The notes beneath the pieces are model-generated. The model had not been told where the DNA came from. It was given only the letters and a program-made list of their open reading frames with translations, and searched no databases. A stretch of 64,000 nucleotides of DNA from Akkermansiaceae bacterium (lineage in GTDB: Bacteria; Verrucomicrobiota; Verrucomicrobiia; Verrucomicrobiales; Akkermansiaceae): assembly GCA_051251915.1 (NCBI GenBank), contig JBPOGF010000011.1, positions 1-64,000 on the forward strand, in the 5' to 3' direction. Positions 8,482 to 18,604 of this stretch are shown piece after piece (position 1 is the first letter of the stretch; each line of letters begins with the position of its first letter). The translations under genes and the position numbers were made by a program.

Positions 8482-8507
8482 AAGAGCCGCTCCTCAGAGC
8501 GACTCTT
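8482..8507 (-). terminator. Intrinsic terminator-like hairpin after tRNA-Tyr
   Basis: Minus strand AAGAGTCGCTC-TGAG-GAGCGGCTCTT followed by a T-run. Confidence 0.6.
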
Positions 8508-8517
8508 CTTTAAAAAA

Positions 8518-8603
8518 TGGTGGGCAGAGAAGGATTCGAACCTTCGTACACTTACGTGAGCAGATTTACAGTCTGCCGCCTTTAACCACTCGGCCATCTA
8601 CCC
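8518..8603 (-). tRNA. tRNA-Tyr(GTA)
   Basis: GGGTAGA/TCTGCCC acceptor stem, GCAGA-CTGTAAA-TCTGC anticodon arm, long variable arm, GGTTCGAATCC, encoded CCA. Confidence 0.97.
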
Positions 8604-8744
8604 AATATAGAAAGTTTCAAGCTCTTGCGAACTTGCGGTTAGCACCTCTTGCGAGGCGGGCGTTTTGTATGCTTTGAGATGAAATCTTGCAAGGTAAAAA
8701 TAACTCTTTTTTACCTTTTTTATGATGCTACGCTTCAGCCATAA

Positions 8745-9776
8745 ATGCAGCCGTCCTCAGATCAGATCAAATCCAACATCAAGTTCATCGCTAAATCACT
8801 TGGTTTCAGTGACTGTAGAATAGCTCGGGTCAAACCAGCCACCCACGGCAATCGATTTCAAGAATGGCTAGATGCTGGCACAGCCGGCGACATGGAATGG
8901 CTCGAAAGAAACGTATCCCGCAGATTAAACCCCGCAGAAGTCCTTGAAGGCGCTAAATCGATGGTTTGTTTAGCTCTGAATTACTACCCTGGTGAACATG
9001 ATCCCGAAGCTGGCATAGATTACAAAATAGCCCGCTATGCTTGGAATGAAGATTATCATGACATCATCGAAGATAAACTCCGCGATCTGAACATCGCCAT
9101 GGAAGAACTCGGAGGCACCCAGAGATTCTACGTCGACACCGGCCCCATCCTAGAGCGAGACTTCGCATCAGACGCCGGCCTAGGCTGGAACGGAAAATCC
9201 ACCGTCCAAATCCACAAATCTCTCGGAACCTGGACCTTCCTCTGCGAACTCATCACAACTCTAGAACTAGATCCAGATCCCCCTCTCCGGGACCATTGTG
9301 GTAAATGCACCCAATGCATCGACCACTGCCCCACCAACGCCATCACAGGTCCACGCGAGATGGATGCCCGACGCTGCATTTCTTATCTAACCATCGAGCA
9401 TAAAGGAAGCATTCCTCTAGAGCTCAGACCACTGATAGGAGATAAAATCTACGGTTGCGACGTCTGCCTAGAAGTCTGCCCGTGGAACCGGTTTGCTAAA
9501 CTAAGCAACGAAACAAAACTACACGCAAAGGGCGAAATCTTTGACCACTCACTACGAGACTTCTTAGCAATTACTGATGCCGATTTCCGACGCATCTTCG
9601 CCAAGTCCCCCATCAAACGCATCAAACGCCCAAACTTCCTCAGAAATGTCTGCGTGGCTGTAGGAAACCGCGCCGATGCCGATGATCTCCCAGCCTTAGA
9701 ACATCTACTTCTAACAGAATCAGATCCTCTAGTGCGCGAGCACGCAGAGTGGGCAGTCGCAGAGATTAAAAAATAG
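8745..9776 (+). CDS. queG: Epoxyqueuosine reductase
   Basis: ARYAW..DYH, VDTGPILERDFA, CGKCTQCIDHCPT, YGCDVCLEVCPWN. Confidence 0.95.
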   Translation: MQPSSDQIKSNIKFIAKSLGFSDCRIARVKPATHGNRFQEWLDAGTAGDMEWLERNVSRRLNPAEVLEGAKSMVCLALNYYPGEHDPEAGIDYKIARYAWNEDYHDIIEDKLRDLNIAMEELGGTQRFYVDTGPILERDFASDAGLGWNGKSTVQIHKSLGTWTFLCELITTLELDPDPPLRDHCGKCTQCIDHCPTNAITGPREMDARRCISYLTIEHKGSIPLELRPLIGDKIYGCDVCLEVCPWNRFAKLSNETKLHAKGEIFDHSLRDFLAITDADFRRIFAKSPIKRIKRPNFLRNVCVAVGNRADADDLPALEHLLLTESDPLVREHAEWAVAEIKK

Positions 9777-9810
9777 CCCGCGTCACCGAGCTGCCACCCC
9801 GAAGCGCTAT

Positions 9811-10428
9811 CTATGGCTTTACCGCCTCCGCAGCTTCCAATGCTTTCTGAGCTGTATCTTCTTTCTCACGTTGAGCTTTCTCACGGAGCCACTCTCTCAT
9901 CTCTTCTTCCGCCGCTTTAAGCTCTTCACGGTCAGCATCGGTCATAACGTCAGCCTTATTACCGGCGTCTTTAACCTCTTCCTCTTCGCTCTCTAACAAT
10001 GGATCAGGTAAAGGCGCATCTTTACCCACCGTTGACATCAAGTTATATTTCAATCTTGAGCTTGAATTCACCGCCGAAATAATGGCAAAACCACAGAGCA
10101 TTGAAAGAATAAGGATAAAAGCCGAATTATGTCTTGAGAGAACTCGCTTGATCGCAATCCATAATGCGATCATCAGTGCCAAAATGATGGGGATCGCCAT
10201 GATATAGAAATCAGACATTCCGTAATCCGTGTCCTTCGCTATCTTCTTCACCAATAACCAAAATGGAGCTACCAATGGCAGTACATACCCTACGACAATC
10301 GTAAATTTATGGGCTAGCTTCTTATTGTATGTCTCTACTATCGGGCTGTTAGATGCCTGCATGGCGCTTTGTGCTCGGAGTCTAGAGAGTTCCTTGTCGC
10401 TGTGCTTATGGTCGGGTATTTTTGACAT
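9811..10428 (-). CDS. Hypothetical membrane protein (about 3 TM segments, acidic tail)
   Basis: 205-aa ORF with hydrophobic segments. Confidence 0.7.
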   Translation of the reverse strand: MSKIPDHKHSDKELSRLRAQSAMQASNSPIVETYNKKLAHKFTIVVGYVLPLVAPFWLLVKKIAKDTDYGMSDFYIMAIPIILALMIALWIAIKRVLSRHNSAFILILSMLCGFAIISAVNSSSRLKYNLMSTVGKDAPLPDPLLESEEEEVKDAGNKADVMTDADREELKAAEEEMREWLREKAQREKEDTAQKALEAAEAVKP

Positions 10429-10575
10429 GAGTTTAGATACGTAGTGCTAGCTCAGAGGTAAGTTTTCCTCCAGCCCCACAGTTTTTTAATCGTGAACGGC
10501 TAGCGATTATATTTACTTAAGGTATGTTATCTATTTAGAGATATTTCGTATTACTTGCAAGAATAAGATGAAACA

Positions 10576-11160
10576 TTAGGCTGGTTTTTCAGCGAGACGC
10601 TCTTCGAGCTCTGGCCATTGCTCTTGACTAACAATGTAACCGACACAGGAATCCCTACCACACAAACAAGGATGATCCTCAAAACATTCGATATCAAACC
10701 CGTAGTCAAAAGTAAGTTCTTCCCCTTTCTTAATCGGCTTCACAGAATAGATGAAAATTTGATCTTCCTCAATCCAAGCCTCACAGTTCGGTTCACACGA
10801 GTGATTGATCAGCCGCGCATCATTCCAAGCCACATTGCCATCAATATCCCATTTCTTATCAAGCGTGAAAATGTAAACTGCCGCTTCTCCACTCTCCTCC
10901 GCCTTGGCTGCCTGCGCCCACGCACGCTCCTCACTCTCGTCTTTATTAATGTATTCTCCTAGGTATTCAATAATTTGAGTCTCTGGTTCCAAATCTTGCG
11001 TAGCATAGACCCCTCGTCCATGGATGTCAGAATTCCTCACTTCGCAGAGATCACTCTGTCCCCGTTCATACATTTCCTTCATCAGCCGCGTGATGCGAGC
11101 CATCTCGGTCAAATGATCGTAACGCTTTTGTTTCTTCTTACTCCCAGTTTTCTTAGCCAT
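10576..11160 (-). CDS. SET domain protein-lysine methyltransferase
   Basis: HGRGVYA, RLINHSCEPN, EELTFDY, post-SET CLCGRDSC. Confidence 0.93.
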   Translation of the reverse strand: MAKKTGSKKKQKRYDHLTEMARITRLMKEMYERGQSDLCEVRNSDIHGRGVYATQDLEPETQIIEYLGEYINKDESEERAWAQAAKAEESGEAAVYIFTLDKKWDIDGNVAWNDARLINHSCEPNCEAWIEEDQIFIYSVKPIKKGEELTFDYGFDIECFEDHPCLCGRDSCVGYIVSQEQWPELEERLAEKPA

Positions 11161-11194
11161 GATCGCTTCGTAGTTAGTTCGTTATTTCTTAAAT

Positions 11195-11890
11195 TCACTT
11201 AATTTCTGAATCGGTACGATTCGGCAAAACAATCTTCTGAGGCAGTGACGGAAACATCGCACGCAGATCCTGTGGCTCAATCGTGCCCCCATCAATGAAT
11301 GTCCATTCCTCTTGGCCCGGTACGGCTACATCTTTCGCCACAGCGATTTGAAATCCCACACGCTTCAGCTTTCTTGGTGGGCCACCTTTATTACTAGTAA
11401 ATGTCCAGACCTGAGTCGTAGGAACCATGACGAGCCAGTTATGATAAACATCACCAGCAATCACATCTTTCTGCTCACCACGCTCAATTTTAAGCTTAGC
11501 CGCAGGTAAAATCTGGGGCCAGACTCGGAAAAAACTGACCGGAGTATCGGCCTTAAAACTAGTAATCGTGATCCCTTTATTATTGAGCGTCTTCGCTAAA
11601 TCAAGAAAGACTTGCTTGAATTTCTGCTCACCATGCACCGCAACTTGTCTGTTCTTATAGCGTGGATACATCTTATCTAAAGCATAAAGATAGTTTTCCT
11701 TGATCACTTCATTACCCAGCTCCTGAGTGGCTAGTTGGCATGATGCTATTGTCTCTGCTGGCACGACCAAACTTGGATCCGTAGTCAGCGCCGGATTCTC
11801 CACATCCTGAGGGCTAGCTACCTGAGGAACCTGAGCCAACGCTCCATTCGCGAGGAACAGCATAGGCAATAAAGATAAATATCGTTTCAT
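11195..11890 (-). CDS. Hypothetical exported protein
   Basis: Signal peptide ending ANGALA; 231 aa. Confidence 0.75.
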   Translation of the reverse strand: MKRYLSLLPMLFLANGALAQVPQVASPQDVENPALTTDPSLVVPAETIASCQLATQELGNEVIKENYLYALDKMYPRYKNRQVAVHGEQKFKQVFLDLAKTLNNKGITITSFKADTPVSFFRVWPQILPAAKLKIERGEQKDVIAGDVYHNWLVMVPTTQVWTFTSNKGGPPRKLKRVGFQIAVAKDVAVPGQEEWTFIDGGTIEPQDLRAMFPSLPQKIVLPNRTDSEIK

Positions 11891-12017
11891 AGGTGGTCTA
11901 AATTCTACCGCATTTCACTCAGAGTCAAGCATAGCTGTGGTAAAATCTGATTCTTAGTAAACTTACCTCCAAGTTTGCTAGTTGCCTCAAACCATATATC
12001 TGATACCTATTCAGCCC

Positions 12018-12917
12018 ATGAGCAACTGGACATCAGGTCTGATCTTGGCTATCGGCGGAACATTTTTATTCGCCCTGAAATCAATCTTTATCAAGCTCGC
12101 CTACTCTGCAGGAGCCACTGCCGATGAGATCCTCTTACTAAGAATGCTAATCGCTGCTCCATTCTACGCAGGCATGTTGATCTACCTGCGCAAAAACGAG
12201 ATCAAACATAGTCCCTGCAACATCCCCGCTCTCATCAAAATCCTCAGCCTAGGGTTTTTCGGCTACTATCTAGCATCCTATCTCGACCTCGCTGGCCTTA
12301 CCATGATCTCCGCCCAGCTCGAACGCCTCACACTTTTCACTTACCCCACCATGATTGCGATTTTAGCATGGCTCTTTTTAGGTGAAAAGATCACCCGCAT
12401 GGTTATCCTATCCCTAGTCCTTTGCTACTTAGGTCTCTGGGTGATGTATGGACAAGAAAAGGCCATGATCAATGTAGCTGATGGTGAAAACGTCACCCGC
12501 GGGGTTTTACTAGTGCTTGGATCTGCCATGAGCTACTCACTCTATGTGATATTTGCCAAGCCACTGATCCAGAAATACGGAAGCAGATTCTTCACCAGTG
12601 TAGCCATGCTAGGCTCCACGGTATTTGTATGTATTCATTACGCCGTTCTTCATCCATTTTCACTGACTCACATCACCGGCATCATCTGGATCTACGCATT
12701 AGCTCTAGCTTTCGTCTGCACAGTCATTCCCAGTTTCATGATCACTGAGGCCATCGCCAGAATTGGAGCCTCCCGCACATCTATTTTAGGCGCTGCAGGC
12801 CCAGTCTTCACCATCGTCCTAGCAGTCTTCATCATCAACGAACCATTCACCATCCAACACGCTCTCGGCGTTGTACTAGTTTTAATTGGTGTCGCTTGCG
12901 TTTCCCTTAAGAAATGA
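12018..12917 (+). CDS. DMT/EamA family transporter
   Basis: About 10 TM segments in two EamA repeats; start moved to ATG 12018. Confidence 0.9.
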   Translation: MSNWTSGLILAIGGTFLFALKSIFIKLAYSAGATADEILLLRMLIAAPFYAGMLIYLRKNEIKHSPCNIPALIKILSLGFFGYYLASYLDLAGLTMISAQLERLTLFTYPTMIAILAWLFLGEKITRMVILSLVLCYLGLWVMYGQEKAMINVADGENVTRGVLLVLGSAMSYSLYVIFAKPLIQKYGSRFFTSVAMLGSTVFVCIHYAVLHPFSLTHITGIIWIYALALAFVCTVIPSFMITEAIARIGASRTSILGAAGPVFTIVLAVFIINEPFTIQHALGVVLVLIGVACVSLKK

Positions 12918-12949
12918 CATCATCAAGGTACACGCATTGAGGGTAAATA

Positions 12950-12969
12950 TTATTCACAATTCATTCACA
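12950..12969 (+). promoter_or_regulatory. Two tandem DnaA-box-like sites upstream of parB
   Basis: TTATTCACA (12950-12958, consensus) and TCATTCACA (12961-12969, one mismatch). Confidence 0.35.
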
Positions 12970-13040
12970 ATAATTTATTATTGCGAAATACATAAAACAT
13001 CTTTGCCAAATGCCCGTGAATCATACTATATTTCCGTCTC

Positions 13041-13979
13041 ATGGCAAAGAAGCAGGCATTAGGAAAAGGATTGGGCGCTCTCATTAAGAAGCAGGGCAAT
13101 AGCTCAGACTTCGCTCAGAATCACTCATTACAGAGCAATCAAAATGATAAGGGCGGAGTAGGCACTCATGAGAATGAAGTGCGTAATGTTCCTATCGACC
13201 AAGTCATACCCTCACCCCTTCAGCCAAGAAAGCATTTCACGGAAGGTATGCTGGACGACTTAATGGACTCAATTTCCCAGCACGGTATCATCCAGCCACT
13301 GATCGTTCGTGAAGTAAACGGCAAGCTTGAGCTAATCGCTGGTGAGCGTCGTTGGCGCGCATCTACTAATCTAGGCCTCAAGGACGTCCCCGTCATCATC
13401 CGTAAAGCAAGCGACCAAGACGTGCTTGAAATGGCACTCATCGAGAACCTCCAGCGTGAAGATCTCAATGCCATGGAAGAAGCAGCAGGTTATGTCCGCC
13501 TAGCCAAAGAATTCGCCATGAAGCAAGACGAAATAGCCAACCGCGTGGGTAAATCCCGAGCCAGCGTGGCGAATGCAATGCGTCTGTTAGATCTCCATGA
13601 TGACGTCCAGACCATGGTAGCTCAAAGCAGAATTTCAGTAGGCCACGCCAAGGCCATCCTAGCTCTCAAAGACCCACAAGCTCAGATCATTGCCGCAGAT
13701 CAGGTCATCAAGAAAAAACTCACGGTCAGAGCCACCGAGAAGCTCGCACAAGATTTCAATAAAATCAAAACCGCCAGTAAAACGACAAACAAAAGCGGTG
13801 GATCAGCTGAAGAAATAGCCCTCATTCAGAAAATCCAAGAGCAACTCCAGAACGACTTTTCTACTCGTGTGAATGTCCATCACACTGCCAAAAAAGGTAA
13901 AATCGAAATCGAATACTACGGCAACAAAGATCTAAACCGAATTCTAGATCTCTTAGGCGTGACCCTTACCGACTTCTAA
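13041..13979 (+). CDS. parB: Chromosome partitioning protein ParB/Spo0J
   Basis: LGKGLGALI, QPRK.F, GERRWRA, ENLQREDL, HTH. Confidence 0.95.
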   Translation: MAKKQALGKGLGALIKKQGNSSDFAQNHSLQSNQNDKGGVGTHENEVRNVPIDQVIPSPLQPRKHFTEGMLDDLMDSISQHGIIQPLIVREVNGKLELIAGERRWRASTNLGLKDVPVIIRKASDQDVLEMALIENLQREDLNAMEEAAGYVRLAKEFAMKQDEIANRVGKSRASVANAMRLLDLHDDVQTMVAQSRISVGHAKAILALKDPQAQIIAADQVIKKKLTVRATEKLAQDFNKIKTASKTTNKSGGSAEEIALIQKIQEQLQNDFSTRVNVHHTAKKGKIEIEYYGNKDLNRILDLLGVTLTDF

Positions 13980-14007
13980 ATATTTCTTCACCAAAACGAC
14001 TTAAACG

Positions 14008-15027
14008 ATGAGACTCAATCTATCCCCCATTATTCTATGCAGTCTTCTCAGCCTGTTTGCCGTCTCATGTAAAAAAAGCTCTCCCCTACCGCCGCAAGCC
14101 ACCGGCCAAGGAACTGACAGCTCAAAAGTAGTGGCGCATAACGACGTCGCTAAGCAAGTCATCAGTCCCTACAAGAACTGGTCATTCGGAGTAAAAGCTT
14201 ACCTCCACACCAAGCACCTCTTAGATTTTGGCCCGCGCCCGATCGAGTCAGAAGGACACAAGAAATCCCAAGCATACATTACCAGTCAGTTAGAAAAATT
14301 CGGTTGGACAGTATCCCGCCAGAGCTTCAAAACCATGACCCCCTACGGTGACCGTAGTTTTGTTAACATCATCGCTCGCTACAATGAGGCAAATAAATCT
14401 CCTAATATAGTCCTCGGCGCACACTATGATTCCAAGCAAATGAATGATTTCCTTGGAGCCGATGATGCCGCCAGCTGCGTCGGCGCCCTGCTTGAAATTG
14501 CTGAACATTTACCAGCCCATGAGAAAACCATCGCCCAGCAAGTCGAACTAGTCTTCTTCGATGGAGAAGAAGCTTTGAGCCCTAATCTAGAATATATGAA
14601 AGATGGCCTCTACGGCAGTATCTACTATTCCCAGTATCTCAGGAATGATATCGCAGGAACCAAAAAAACTTACCTCCATAAGCCTAAATTCGGCATGATC
14701 CTAGACATGATCGGGCATCGAAACCTCTCAATCAAAATTCCAAATGACACCCCCTACCAACTCCTCAAAAGCTACTACACTGTAGTCGAGAAACATCAAC
14801 TCCAAGACCGTTTCACAGTCTCAAATGGCTCTATCTTAGATGACCACTACCCAATGAACATGATAGCAGACCTTCCCACTATTGACCTCATTGGCGATTT
14901 CAGCTCTAAGACCTGGTGGCACACAAACAAAGACAACTTCGATAACATTTCTGAAAACAGTCTTAACGTGAGTATCCAAGTCGCTCTTGAAATTATTAAA
15001 GATCAATTAACTAAGATCGATAAGTAA
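14008..15027 (+). CDS. M28 family metallopeptidase / glutaminyl cyclase-like lipoprotein
   Basis: GAHYDSK, GADD, DGEE, LDMIG, DDH, WHT; lipobox-like AVSC. Confidence 0.88.
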   Translation: MRLNLSPIILCSLLSLFAVSCKKSSPLPPQATGQGTDSSKVVAHNDVAKQVISPYKNWSFGVKAYLHTKHLLDFGPRPIESEGHKKSQAYITSQLEKFGWTVSRQSFKTMTPYGDRSFVNIIARYNEANKSPNIVLGAHYDSKQMNDFLGADDAASCVGALLEIAEHLPAHEKTIAQQVELVFFDGEEALSPNLEYMKDGLYGSIYYSQYLRNDIAGTKKTYLHKPKFGMILDMIGHRNLSIKIPNDTPYQLLKSYYTVVEKHQLQDRFTVSNGSILDDHYPMNMIADLPTIDLIGDFSSKTWWHTNKDNFDNISENSLNVSIQVALEIIKDQLTKIDK

Positions 15028-15091
15028 AAATAAGTGATCTGTTGACTCATTTATTGCTCTACATCCCTTGAATATTTGCTATTAAGCATTG

Positions 15092-15823
15092 ATGCAACGA
15101 CTCCCTAAACTTTTAGCTCTAAGCTTTTCTCTCCAGCTCATAGGATCAATCTCCCTTATGGCGCAAGTTGCCGCGCCAGTGAGCCCACCATTAGATACAG
15201 AACCAGCTGTTGAAGGAATTGAAGAACCTAAACCTGAAAAGAAAGAGCCGGTAAAAGAGCTCAAAAAAAAGAAAGTCGAACCTGAGAAGAAAGCTGCCAA
15301 GATCTATGGCTGGAAAGAATGGGTCTGGGCAGTCAAACCAGATCTCGTCCTCCGAGCCAAATTAGACACTGGTGCTCGCACTAGCTCTATTCACGCTACT
15401 AATATCGAACAAATTGAAATCGATGGTGAAAAATGGGTCAAATTCACCATCTCAAATCCTTCCGATGAAAAAAGCATCAGACTCAGGCACAAAGCCCCCC
15501 TAATACGCATTTCTAAAGTCAAAAACGACAGCGGCGGCATCGATGAGCGATTCGTCGTCCATCTCACCTTTCAGATCGGAACACAAAAAATTGACGGTGA
15601 GTTTAACCTCAACAACCGTGAGAAAATGACCTGCCCTATGCTCATCGGCAGAAACATACTCATGCAACTTGGCCTCGTCGATGCCGGTCGCACAGATTTG
15701 CTCGAAAAACCGAAAAAACTTAGCCCTACCAAAAAAGACCCAAAAACAGAGCCTAAGCAAGACACCCAAAAAGAGCAAAAAAAAGACGAGCCCAAGAAAG
15801 AGCTCGAAAAAAAGGCTGCCTAA
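15092..15823 (+). CDS. RimK-associated retropepsin-like protease ('ATP-dependent zinc protease' family)
   Basis: GWKEW....AKLDTGARTSSIHA...MLIGRN; signal peptide. Confidence 0.88.
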   Translation: MQRLPKLLALSFSLQLIGSISLMAQVAAPVSPPLDTEPAVEGIEEPKPEKKEPVKELKKKKVEPEKKAAKIYGWKEWVWAVKPDLVLRAKLDTGARTSSIHATNIEQIEIDGEKWVKFTISNPSDEKSIRLRHKAPLIRISKVKNDSGGIDERFVVHLTFQIGTQKIDGEFNLNNREKMTCPMLIGRNILMQLGLVDAGRTDLLEKPKKLSPTKKDPKTEPKQDTQKEQKKDEPKKELEKKAA

Positions 15824-15864
15824 ATTAAGCCTAGTTGATTTCATCAACACCCACCCCACAAAAA

Positions 15865-17430
15865 ATGTTCAAGAAAATATTCTCTCTATCAGGTCTCGTC
15901 ATATTCCTGATCCTCATCAGCACAGCTGGTATCATTTATAAGAACCGAGTGATTGGCGTCCCCATGTTGCCCGACCATGAGCTAAACATGTGGCTCGTAG
16001 AAGCTCGTGTCTCATATCTAGCTAAAGGAAACCCAGCCAAGGTAGCCATCGCCCTCCCTGGTGTAGGAAGCAGAAATGATGAGAATGGTCAGCAGATCTC
16101 GCTCAGATACGGATTTTCCGAAGAAAAAGAAAACGGCCTACCCATCGGCGTCTGGTCAGCTCGCGCCCCCAAAGGTAGACAACTACTATACTACAGAACC
16201 GTAGTCGATGCCACCCAGCTGAGATACGAGTTCCGTCAGCCAAAGTCCAGCCCAGTCCCTGAAGTTCGTGCAGATGCCAGCACTCCAGAACTTGACGGTT
16301 CCTCCAGCGCAGGCGGATCAAGAAGCGTCGCGCTTGGTATCATCTACCGTGAAGCCAGACAACGCTCAGCAGATGACGCCACCTACGTCACCAGAATCCA
16401 AGAACTTATTTCAGAAGACTCGCACGATGACGCCTTCATCCTACTCAAACGCTACTACGAGAAAAAATACGAAGATGAGTGGAAACGTTACCTAGTCATA
16501 GCCCTACTCAAACAAGCCGGAATCCCAGCCAAACGAGCCATAGGAGCAAGACTAGTCGAAGAAAACGGAGCACGTGAGCCCGTGAAATTGATCCAATACT
16601 ACGATCGCCCAGAAGGCGTATGGAGAGTCATCCTGCCCTACAGTGGCAATCTAGAGGACATCCTAGTCTGGTCCATTTCAGAAAACCTTCTCGAAGTATC
16701 AGGCGGAGAAGACTCCCTCGTCCAGTTCACCGCCGTGAAAGAACGAGCCCCAACCGAGATCGCAGACAGAATGGCCAAGGCCCCATGGTGGGTAGCCACT
16801 ATCTCTGCCCTCCCTGCCAGCGAGCGCGCCCCATTCAGATACGCAGCCCTCATTCCTCTCGGAGTGCTAGCCGTAGTGCTTCTGAGAAACATTATTGGCC
16901 TCGCTACACTAGGAACCTTCATGCCAGTTCTACTAGGTTTAGCATTTCTTGAGCTTGATCTAGTCCCCGCTCTCATCATGCTCAGCTCCATGCTCTTCGG
17001 TGGACTCATGTTCCGCTCAGTGCTTTCTAAATTCAATCTACTCGTCGTGCCCCGCGTTGCAGCCTGCGTTGTCATCGTCACCCTCTTCATGATGGGCGTC
17101 AGCCTCCTCAGTTACAAACTAGGTGCCGTAGAAGGCCTCCGCGTCACCGTTTTCCCAATGATCGTTCTCGCTTGGACCATCGAAAGAATGTCCCTCATCT
17201 GGGATGAAGAAGGAGCATTCAGCGCACTCTACCAAGTCGCCGGCAGCCTCGTCGCAGCACTCGCCGCCTTTGGTATGATGAAGATAGAAGTCCTCCAGTA
17301 TTGGGTCGAATTCTTCCCTGAAGTCCTGCTCATCCTACTCGCCATTGTCCTCCTACTAGGCAGATACACGGGCTACAGACTATTTGAGCTATTCAGATTT
17401 AAAAACGCAGCCCAAATGGAAGCTAACTAA
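15865..17430 (+). CDS. Inactive transglutaminase / 7TM membrane protein
   Basis: AGIPA in a transglutaminase-like region, then 7TM with LRNIIG..TLGTFMPVL, FPMIVLAWTIER, GRYTGYRL.EL.RF. Confidence 0.88.
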   Translation: MFKKIFSLSGLVIFLILISTAGIIYKNRVIGVPMLPDHELNMWLVEARVSYLAKGNPAKVAIALPGVGSRNDENGQQISLRYGFSEEKENGLPIGVWSARAPKGRQLLYYRTVVDATQLRYEFRQPKSSPVPEVRADASTPELDGSSSAGGSRSVALGIIYREARQRSADDATYVTRIQELISEDSHDDAFILLKRYYEKKYEDEWKRYLVIALLKQAGIPAKRAIGARLVEENGAREPVKLIQYYDRPEGVWRVILPYSGNLEDILVWSISENLLEVSGGEDSLVQFTAVKERAPTEIADRMAKAPWWVATISALPASERAPFRYAALIPLGVLAVVLLRNIIGLATLGTFMPVLLGLAFLELDLVPALIMLSSMLFGGLMFRSVLSKFNLLVVPRVAACVVIVTLFMMGVSLLSYKLGAVEGLRVTVFPMIVLAWTIERMSLIWDEEGAFSALYQVAGSLVAALAAFGMMKIEVLQYWVEFFPEVLLILLAIVLLLGRYTGYRLFELFRFKNAAQMEAN

Positions 17431-17433
17431 ACG

Positions 17434-18438
17434 ATGAAAAAATGGTGGCATAAATGGTTTATCCTTCCTAGCGAACTCAAACGCATAGGCGTCATAGGCT
17501 TGAACCAGCGTAACGGAGTCTATCTCCTACCGAACAACAATCGTAAGTTCTACCGCAAGGTCGATGACAAGCTCGTGACCAAACAGCTAGCCATGGAGAT
17601 GGACCTCGCCGTGCCGAAGCTTTTTCATGTCTTCCATACTCAGAAAGATGTCTCTGACATTATAGAAGTACTCGCCCCATTTGAGTCATTCGTCATGAAA
17701 CCATCACGCGGAAGTGGTGGTCGCGGAGTTCTCGTCATCCGTGAGCGAAGAGGAGAGAAATTCGTCAAAGCCAGCGGAATCGTCATCACTGCTAAAGAAG
17801 TAGAACAACACGCTACAGAAATCCTCGGAGGCCTATTCAGTCTCGGCGGTAGCCGTGATGTTGCCATGGTCGAAGCCTGCATCACTTCTCATAAAGAACT
17901 TTCTAAAATCAGCTACCAAGGCGCACCAGACGTCCGAATCATCATGCTCCACGGCTACCCAGTCATGGCCATGCTCAGAGTCGCCACCCGTCAGTCAGAC
18001 GGCAGAGCGAACCTCCACCAAGGCGCCATCGGAATAGGAATCGATCTCGCTACCGGAAAATCCATCCACGCCATTCACCATGGCCAATCAGTCACCACCC
18101 ACCCAGATCTCGATACCGAGCTCATCGGAATCACCGTCCCGCAGTGGGACAAAGTCATCGAAATGGCAACACGTGGCTACGAAATGACAGGTCTCGGTTA
18201 TCTCGGCGCGGATCTCATTGTCGATGAAGAACATGGACCAGTCGTGATCGAGCTCAATGCCCGCCCAGGACTCGCCATTCAGTTAGCAAACGCCACAGGT
18301 CTCAGGCACAGATTCGAGAAAGTCAAAGCTCAGGCCAAAGCACACCCAGGTCAAACTTGGCAACAGCGTATCGCATTTTCCTCAGCAGCGTTCGGCAGCA
18401 AAAAAGCCGAAATCGCCTGCGACATCACGATCAGTTAA
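17434..18438 (+). CDS. Alpha-L-glutamate ligase-like ATP-grasp protein
   Basis: GLNQRN, VDDKLVTK, KPSRGSGGRG, ANLHQGA, ELNARPGLAIQLAN. Confidence 0.92.
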   Translation: MKKWWHKWFILPSELKRIGVIGLNQRNGVYLLPNNNRKFYRKVDDKLVTKQLAMEMDLAVPKLFHVFHTQKDVSDIIEVLAPFESFVMKPSRGSGGRGVLVIRERRGEKFVKASGIVITAKEVEQHATEILGGLFSLGGSRDVAMVEACITSHKELSKISYQGAPDVRIIMLHGYPVMAMLRVATRQSDGRANLHQGAIGIGIDLATGKSIHAIHHGQSVTTHPDLDTELIGITVPQWDKVIEMATRGYEMTGLGYLGADLIVDEEHGPVVIELNARPGLAIQLANATGLRHRFEKVKAQAKAHPGQTWQQRIAFSSAAFGSKKAEIACDITIS

Positions 18439-18604
18439 GCTTCGTTGAAAGGGCTCCCCGATAAAGCACGTAGCTTTATCAAATCAAATATGTGAGTATC
18501 CATCAGATAAAATTGATGTTCGGTATCGCTTGGGTATTCAACAGCACCTTTTTCTCTCATCATTTCTGATCACTAATCACCGATCAACGCCAAATAACTT
18601 TATC

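Noticed and set aside
8087..8677. ORFs 8087-8347, 8385-8597 and 8456-8677
   Set aside because: They are translations of tRNA-Tyr and its linked repeat.
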